This document shows, one piece after another, positions 58,565 through 64,000 of a stretch of DNA of 64,000 nt (the first letter of the stretch is position 1; each line of letters begins with the position of its first letter). The DNA comes from Abditibacteriaceae bacterium (GTDB lineage: Bacteria; Armatimonadota; Abditibacteriia; Abditibacteriales; Abditibacteriaceae). Position numbers and translations under genes: made by a program. Where the stretch lies: positions 3,264,001 through 3,328,000 of the forward strand of contig OZ255721.1 in the NCBI GenBank assembly GCA_965277285.1. The letters run 5' to 3'. The notes below the pieces were generated by a model that was not told where the DNA came from, made no database searches, and saw only the letters and a list, made by a program, of their open reading frames with translations.

Positions 58565-58990
58565 TTATGCCAGCGACGCATCGAGCGTGATTTCCAATCC
58601 AGGTCGCAGCAGGTTGGAAACGGGACAGGCTTTTTCGGCTTCTTCGGCCAACTGTTTGAACTGCGCTTCATCGACGCCAGGAACACGGCCTTTGGTGACA
58701 AGGTGCATTTTGTCGATTTTGCCGCCATCCAGTGAAATCGTCGCTTGCGTTGAAATTTCTTCGGGCACATGACCTTTGCCGCTGAGGTAATTGGCGAACG
58801 CCATGCTGAAACAGGCGGCGTGCGCGGCGGCGATCAGTTCTTCGGGATTGGTGCCTTTGGCGTTTTCAAAGCGTGTCGCAAAAGTGAAAGGCGTCGCGTT
58901 CAAAACGCCGCTGGTCGCGTCAATCGTTCCGCTGCCGCTCTTCAAATCGCCCTTCCAGGTGCCGGTCGATGTCCTCAAAATTGCTGCCAT
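58565..58990 (-). CDS. osmC: OsmC family peroxiredoxin
   Basis: WKGDLKSGSG, GTNPEELIAAAHAACFSMA, CPVS. Confidence 0.93.
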   Translation of the reverse strand: MAAILRTSTGTWKGDLKSGSGTIDATSGVLNATPFTFATRFENAKGTNPEELIAAAHAACFSMAFANYLSGKGHVPEEISTQATISLDGGKIDKMHLVTKGRVPGVDEAQFKQLAEEAEKACPVSNLLRPGLEITLDASLA

Positions 58991-59092
58991 ATCGTTCGTC
59001 CTCCAAGATTGAAAGTGGGTTTTCCCGCGCGCGAAGTCGCAATTTAGGAGCCGCTAAAGGACTCTTTGTTCATCGAGTACTCGATTCGTGTT

Positions 59093-59590
59093 TTAGGCGC
59101 TGGCTTCGGCCAAAAGTGCGCGCAAATCGAGCGCGCCAGTGAACATTTCTATTTCGCCATGGGCGTTGCGCGGCCACAAACTTGGGTCGCGGTCGCAATA
59201 AAGTTCGACGCCGTTCTGGTCGGGATCGCGCAGGTAAAGCGCTTCGCTGACGCCGTGATCGCTGGCGCCATCGAGCGCAATGCCAGCCTCGCCCAAACGT
59301 TTCAACGCATCGGCGAGCGCGGCGCGATCAGGATACAAAATCGCCAGGTGATAAAGTCCCGTGCTGTGCGCGGGCGGTGGCGCGGCGCCCAAACTTTCCC
59401 ACGTATTCAGCCCGATGTGATGATGGTAGCCGCCAGCCGAAATAAATGCCGCGCCTTTGCCATAGCGCACCACCAACTCGAAGCCCAGAACGCCACAATA
59501 GAATGCGAGAGAACGCTCCAAATCGGCGACTTTAAGGTGAACATGACCAATGCGAACGCGCGCATCAATCGGTTTTGTTGTCATTTCCAT
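59093..59590 (-). CDS. VOC/glyoxalase family protein (CatE-like)
   Basis: IGHVHLKVADL, GGYHHHIGLNTW, DHGVSEALYLRDPDQNGVELY. Confidence 0.9.
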   Translation of the reverse strand: MEMTTKPIDARVRIGHVHLKVADLERSLAFYCGVLGFELVVRYGKGAAFISAGGYHHHIGLNTWESLGAAPPPAHSTGLYHLAILYPDRAALADALKRLGEAGIALDGASDHGVSEALYLRDPDQNGVELYCDRDPSLWPRNAHGEIEMFTGALDLRALLAEASA

Positions 59591-59637
59591 GAGAATAGAA
59601 GCACTCCTGCAAATACGGGTGGAAGATCGAATTCAGC

Positions 59638-59768
59638 AGTTTGTCATTCTGACGGGTGCCTTCTGGGCAGTGCGAAGAATCTGGCACCAAGTTAGATTCT
59701 ACAGCCCAGCGAAAAGCAAGTTTTTGCTTTTCTAACGGGCGCCCAACGCTGCGCTCAGAATGACAAAC
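59638..59768. repeat. Expanded family A hairpin
   Basis: GTTTGTCATTCTGA...TCAGAATGACAAAC ends with an enlarged interior. Confidence 0.65.
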
Positions 59769-59796
59769 CGCGAGTTTGAAGCAGTAATTTATAAAA

Positions 59797-61350
59797 CTAC
59801 TTGGAAGCCTTGCGAGTACTCGATTTACGGCGCGTCGCTTTTTCCAGGATTTCAACGGGATGTTTGATTGCGACAGCGACGCCGAACTTCCGTGCGCCCA
59901 ACATCAATTGCAGCATACAACCCGGGTTTCCCGTGATGACAACTTTCGCACCGGTATTTTCGATGTGCTTCATTTTGCGCTCGAGAAGTTGCATCGCCAT
60001 TTGTGGCTGCGTGATGTTGTAGATTCCGGCACTGCCGCAACACATTTCGCTTTCTTCAAGCGGCACGAGTGTTTCGCCGCATAGGTTCATCAAGTCGCGC
60101 GGCTGAACGCGAATGCCTTGTCCGTGCGCCAGATGACAGGCGTCGTGGTAAGTGGCTTGAGAGTTTTGAGCTTTGAGTTTTGAGTTTTTAATTGAAGCAT
60201 CAGCCGTTGTGCTTTCAACGTCTTGCGCTTGTTCTAAATTGGCGTCATCTTTAGGCATTTCGCCGTTGTGAATCGTGCTGGCGCCAATCGTGTTGGGCAA
60301 CGTTTCGCGCGCGATGTCGTTAGTTGGCGCGTTAGTTTTCGACAATCGAGTACTCGAATCTGTCAATTGTGCCAAACGAGATTTGAAAGGTTCTTGCGCC
60401 AAAAATTCGGAAACATCTTTGACTTTGGCGGCGAAACGTTCGGCGCGACTTCGCCATTGTGCGTCGCCGTGAAACCAGTGGCCGTATTCTTTGAGCGAAG
60501 CGCCACAACCCGCCGCGTTGATGATAATCGCGTCCAAGGCGCCGCTTTGTTGTTCAACTTCTTCAAAGGCTTCGATGTTGCGTTTGGCGAACTCTTTGGC
60601 CTGCAGCATTCCGCCGGTATGCGCGTGCAAAGCGCCGCAGCAGCCTTGAGTTTTCGGCGCTTCGACGGTGCAACCGGCGCGGCTGAGAACTTTCGCGGTC
60701 GCAATGTTCACATCCAATAACATGACGGGCATCACGCAGCCGGTAATCATGCCGACGCGCGCTTGAGGTTCGCCTTGCGCTTTCCATTGGTCGGGAAACG
60801 CCAAACGTTTGGAAGTTGGCGAAAGTTTGGGCAGCATCCATTCCAAGTCGCCGATGTATCCCAAATTTTTCATCGCGCCGATTTTGTGCAGCAAGGGAAT
60901 AATTCCCAAACGTCGCCCGATTTTGACCGGCATTAGCGCCAAATCCAAGCGGTCGGGATGCGGAAAAATCGCTTCGATAATGCGTCCCAACGTGCGTTGT
61001 TTCCAGGGCTGCGGATATTCTTCGCGCAAATAAGCGCGCGCGCCTTCGATCAAGCCGCCGTATTGCACGCCGGACGGACACGCGGTTTCGCAGGCGCGGC
61101 AACCCAAACACGAATCGAGATGCTTGACCAGTTCCGGCGTCGGCTGCGCATGGCCTTCTTTGAGCGCGCGCATCAGGTAAATGCGACCGCGCGGCGAATC
61201 GGCTTCCAAACCTTCTTCGGCGTAAGTTGGGCATTGTGACAAGCACAAACCACAATGAATACAATCCATCAAGCGGTCGTGATCGAGCCACGCCAAACCA
61301 TTTTTTTCGGTGAAGATTTCGTCGAGAACGGGCAGGGCAGTGGAAGACAT
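59797..61350 (-). CDS. glcF: Glycolate oxidase iron-sulfur subunit-like (4Fe-4S + CCG domains)
   Basis: CIHCGLCLSQCPTY, SPRGRI, CLGCRACETACPSGV, CCGAL, YHDACHLAH, CCGSAGIYN. Confidence 0.88.
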   Translation of the reverse strand: MSSTALPVLDEIFTEKNGLAWLDHDRLMDCIHCGLCLSQCPTYAEEGLEADSPRGRIYLMRALKEGHAQPTPELVKHLDSCLGCRACETACPSGVQYGGLIEGARAYLREEYPQPWKQRTLGRIIEAIFPHPDRLDLALMPVKIGRRLGIIPLLHKIGAMKNLGYIGDLEWMLPKLSPTSKRLAFPDQWKAQGEPQARVGMITGCVMPVMLLDVNIATAKVLSRAGCTVEAPKTQGCCGALHAHTGGMLQAKEFAKRNIEAFEEVEQQSGALDAIIINAAGCGASLKEYGHWFHGDAQWRSRAERFAAKVKDVSEFLAQEPFKSRLAQLTDSSTRLSKTNAPTNDIARETLPNTIGASTIHNGEMPKDDANLEQAQDVESTTADASIKNSKLKAQNSQATYHDACHLAHGQGIRVQPRDLMNLCGETLVPLEESEMCCGSAGIYNITQPQMAMQLLERKMKHIENTGAKVVITGNPGCMLQLMLGARKFGVAVAIKHPVEILEKATRRKSSTRKASK

Positions 61351-61591
61351 ATCGAGTACTCGAAAGCGAAGAGAAGCGCGAAAAGTGTAGCAGAACGCCA
61401 AACGTTCTATAATTGCGCAAAGCATTTCATCATAAAACTGTTGAAAATAGAACACGGAGGCTTCGCCTGCACGGATCGAACGGATAAACACGGATTTCTG
61501 GTTTAATTTCGATCCGTGTCCATCCGTGCTGTTATCCGTGTGAGCGAAGCTCCCGTGTCCTATTTCGGTCAACCTGCAAGGATTGTTATTT

Positions 61592-62797
61592 ATGAATTCT
61601 CGTGCGATTCGTTTGGCGGTTGTTGTGGCGGCGTTGGGTTATTTTGTCGATATTTACGATCTGCTGTTGTTCAGCATCGTGCGCATTCCCAGCTTGAAAG
61701 ACTTGGGCGTTGATGCAGCTCAAGCCAAGAACATCGGCATTCATTTGTTGAATGTGCAAATGTTCGGAATGCTGATTGGCGGCATTTTGTGGGGCATTTT
61801 GGGCGATAAAAAAGGGCGCTCGTCGGTGTTGCTCGGCTCGATTGTATTGTATTCCATCGCCAATATCTTGAACGGTTTCGTGCATTCGGTCGAACAATAC
61901 GAGATTTTACGCTTCATTTCGGGCGTCGGTTTAGCGGGCGAACTGGGCGCAGGTATTACGCTTGTCAGCGAAATTATGGGCAAGAACGAGCGCGGTTATG
62001 GAACGATGATCGTCGCCGCAGTTGGCGTGACGGGCGCGGTTTTCGCCGCTTTGGTTGCGCAGCATTTTCAGTGGCGCACCGCGTATTTCATCGGCGGCGG
62101 TTTGGGTTTGTCGCTGCTTGCACTGCGCATTGGAGTACTCGAATCGCATTTGTTCGAGGAACTGGAAAGCCACATTCCGCGTGGTAATCTGGCGCAATTG
62201 TTTTCCTCGCGCGAATCAATCGTGAAATATCTGAGTTGCATTTTGGTCGGTTTGCCGATCTGGTTTGTCATCGGCATTCTGGTGACATTGGCGCCCGAAT
62301 TAAGCAAAGCGCTGGGCATTCAAGGCGTCACGGCAGGCAGCGCGGTTTTGTTTTCGTATGCGGGTTTGGCGGTCGGCGATTTTGGCAGCGGATTTCTATC
62401 GCAAAAATTGGGCAGCCGCCGCAAAGTTATCGGTGCGTTTTTGTTCGCCACAGAGGTTCTTATCGGCGTTTACTCGCGCAGTTTTAATTTGAGCGCGTCG
62501 CAATTTTATGGTTTGTGTTTCGCGCTGGGTTGCTCGATTGGTTATTGGGCGCTTTTCGTGACCAATGGCGCCGAGCAATTTGGCACCAACATTCGCGCAA
62601 CGGTGGCGACAACGGTTCCCAACTTCGTGCGCGGCGCCGTGCCTTTGATGACAACTGCGTTCACCTTCGCGCAAAAACCCTTGGGAATGCTGAACGGCGC
62701 GCTCGTCGTCGGTTGGATTACAATCGCCATTGCCGCCGTTGCGCTGCTGAGTTTGAAAGAGACCTACGGCAAAGATTTGGACTACGTTGAGGTGTGA
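61592..62797 (+). CDS. MFS transporter
   Basis: ALGYFVDIYDL, GILGDKKGR, LRFISGVGLAGELG, EQFGTNIRAT. Confidence 0.9.
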   Translation: MNSRAIRLAVVVAALGYFVDIYDLLLFSIVRIPSLKDLGVDAAQAKNIGIHLLNVQMFGMLIGGILWGILGDKKGRSSVLLGSIVLYSIANILNGFVHSVEQYEILRFISGVGLAGELGAGITLVSEIMGKNERGYGTMIVAAVGVTGAVFAALVAQHFQWRTAYFIGGGLGLSLLALRIGVLESHLFEELESHIPRGNLAQLFSSRESIVKYLSCILVGLPIWFVIGILVTLAPELSKALGIQGVTAGSAVLFSYAGLAVGDFGSGFLSQKLGSRRKVIGAFLFATEVLIGVYSRSFNLSASQFYGLCFALGCSIGYWALFVTNGAEQFGTNIRATVATTVPNFVRGAVPLMTTAFTFAQKPLGMLNGALVVGWITIAIAAVALLSLKETYGKDLDYVEV

Positions 62798-62806
62798 GGA
62801 AAAGCG

Positions 62807-63055
62807 ATGAACAACGAAGCAAGCGACAATATCGAGTACTCGAACGATCTTTCGTTAGATGGCGAAACGACGTATCGTTGCGAGTTCTGCGGCGAAGAAA
62901 ATGAAGCGTCGTTCGACCGCAGTGCCTTCGCTTATGCGCGTCGCCAGCAGTTCACCGAAGATTGCGCCGTGTGTTGCCGCCCGAATTTGCTGACAATTGA
63001 AATCGACCGCGACGGCTTTGTTTCGCTCGATGTGCAACGCGAATACGACGCATAA
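62807..63055 (+). CDS. CPXCG-motif-type small cysteine-rich protein
   Basis: CEFCGEEN...EDCAVCCRPN. Confidence 0.8.
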   Translation: MNNEASDNIEYSNDLSLDGETTYRCEFCGEENEASFDRSAFAYARRQQFTEDCAVCCRPNLLTIEIDRDGFVSLDVQREYDA

Positions 63056-63071
63056 TCGACTGGTTAAAAGC

Positions 63072-63479
63072 TCAGGCAAAAAGGCGACGCTGTGACTCTT
63101 CGATGGAAATATCGTTGATGCTGGCCTCACGGCGACGCATCAAACCTTCGTCGTCAAATTCCCATTGTTCGTTGCCATAACTGCGGAACCATTGGCCTGT
63201 CGCGTCATGCCACTCGTATTCAAAGCGGACTGAAATGCGGTTGTCGGCGAAACACCACAACTCTTTTTGCAAACGATAATCAAGCTCTTTGTCCCACTTG
63301 CGCCGCAAAAAGTCTTTGATCGCGTCGCGTCCCTGGAAGAACTCATCTCGGTTGCGCCACCACGAATCTTCGCTGTAAGCCAACGCCACACGTTCTGGGT
63401 CGCGCGAGTTCCACGCGTCTTGCGCCATCTGTACTTTAAGGCGCGCGGTCTCTGCCGTAAAAGGTGGTTTAAGTTGCAT
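63072..63479 (-). CDS. DUF1348 / NTF2-like (SnoaL) protein
   Basis: [49 protein letters not shown]. Confidence 0.9.
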   Translation of the reverse strand: MQLKPPFTAETARLKVQMAQDAWNSRDPERVALAYSEDSWWRNRDEFFQGRDAIKDFLRRKWDKELDYRLQKELWCFADNRISVRFEYEWHDATGQWFRSYGNEQWEFDDEGLMRRREASINDISIEESQRRLFA

Positions 63480-63508
63480 GATCGTCCTTGCGCAATCGAG
63501 TACTCGAT

Positions 63509-63928
63509 TTACATCAAGCCCAGTTGCAGGCGCGCGGCGTCGCTCATCATATACATGTTGTAAGGCGGATCCCACACGAGTTCGACGATGACGTTGTTGA
63601 CGCCAGGAACTTGCGCGACTTTTTGTTGCACTTCGCCCGGCAAAGTTCCCGCGACGGGACACGCTGGACTGGTCAATGTCATGCGCAAAATGACGTTGTT
63701 TTCTTCGTCAATTAGCAGTTCGTAAATCAAGCCCAGTTCGTAAATGTTGACCGGAATTTCGGGATCGTAAATCGTTTCAATTTGCTCGATGATTTGCTGA
63801 CGCAGCAATTGTTCGCCGATGCTGCTCGATTCGGTAATGTCGTGCGCCGGATCGTTTCCCGTACTCGATTGTGCGACTTCTTCCAAAACGTCTTGCGGAT
63901 TGCCGCCCAAATTGATAATGTCCGCCAT
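63509..63928 (-). CDS. Fe-S cluster assembly protein (DUF59, SufT/PaaD-like)
   Basis: [29 protein letters not shown]....[10 protein letters not shown]. Confidence 0.92.
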   Translation of the reverse strand: MADIINLGGNPQDVLEEVAQSSTGNDPAHDITESSSIGEQLLRQQIIEQIETIYDPEIPVNIYELGLIYELLIDEENNVILRMTLTSPACPVAGTLPGEVQQKVAQVPGVNNVIVELVWDPPYNMYMMSDAARLQLGLM

Positions 63929-63951
63929 AATGTTGTCCTTCACGAATTCAC

Positions 63952-63999
63952 CTACTGAATGGAAGTTTGAACCTGCTGCGCCGCGATTGTCTTGATTTT
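63952..63999 (-). CDS. C-terminal fragment of an upstream gene (possibly SufE-like)
   Basis: KIKTIAAQQVQTSIQ-stop in an open frame from the window end; identity guessed from context only. Confidence 0.3.
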   Translation of the reverse strand, partial: KIKTIAAQQVQTSIQ

Positions 64000-64000
64000 C

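Larger units (their letters stand above)
313..63507. repeat. Highly iterated 12-bp palindrome TCGAGTACTCGA (dispersed, 63 exact copies counted)
   Basis: Exact copies start at 313,1964,2414,3461,5693,6701,7342,7822,8401,9082,10668,13298,13895,14310,15137,15506,16730,17504,18230,18710,21269,21962,22540,23309,24376,26192,26984,27342,28283,28968,29627,30240,30621,34447,37084,37682,38881,39884,40138,41631,42073,43013,43406,44836,46036,46765,48197,49639,50566,51128,52189,52365,53339,53648,55627,56668,57034,57697,59073,60346,61352,62832,63496. One-mismatch copies start at 1129,4378,9955,19175,20272,25406,32223,35614,36353,39430,48868,59812,62131. Confidence 0.97.

Noticed and set aside
313..63507. 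Palindrome as a cloning linker, adapter or assembly artefact (it contains ScaI and TaqI sites)
   Set aside because: Copies sit in frame inside conserved proteins without disrupting them, have a consistent A/T flank bias, and grade into one- and two-mismatch variants that track protein constraint. That pattern is expected of an evolved motif.
313..63507. CRISPR array
   Set aside because: The repeat is only 12-14 bp, spacing is irregular (176 bp to 3.8 kb), the intervening DNA is ordinary genes, and no cas genes are present.
313..63507. Ordinary transcription-factor box such as LexA
   Set aside because: It does not match the LexA boxes I know. A density of about 1 per kb, many intragenic copies and copies between convergent genes do not fit a regulon.
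1..64000. tRNA, rRNA, riboswitch, transposase or prophage genes
   Set aside because: None recognisable by eye. A covariance-model search would be needed to exclude small structured RNAs such as an rpsB leader near 13250-13340.

Overview
A 64-kb bacterial chromosomal window, GC-rich in core genes, with about 66 protein-coding genes and no rRNA, tRNA, CRISPR array, transposase or integrase that I can see. The gene repertoire suggests an Armatimonadota/Abditibacteriota-like soil bacterium (inference only). Core genes are purH-purN, rpsB/tsf, rplU-rpmA, mutS, mrdA, ruvA, a DeaD-like helicase, a ThyX-like protein, glcF, and complex I split into two convergent blocks (nuoJKLMN on +, nuoCDEFGHI on -). 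There is also an FHA/Ser-Thr kinase locus and an Rrf2-NemA redox module. The dominant unexplained signal is a highly iterated 12-bp perfect palindrome, TCGAGTACTCGA (consensus WTCGAGTACTCGAW). I counted 63 exact copies by hand (about 1 per kb, versus about 0.004 expected in the window for a random 12-mer) plus 13 single-mismatch copies. 36 exact copies are intergenic. They sit at gene junctions, next to start or stop codons, in terminator stems and around small accessory genes that interrupt operons. 27 are written in frame into proteins as SSTR, RVL(D/E) or EYS. It behaves like a HIP1- or DUS-class genome-wide signal with a sequence I do not recognise. Its cognate protein cannot be identified in this window. 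At least five families of REP/MITE-like intergenic repeats are also present. All counts are manual and should be confirmed by computer.
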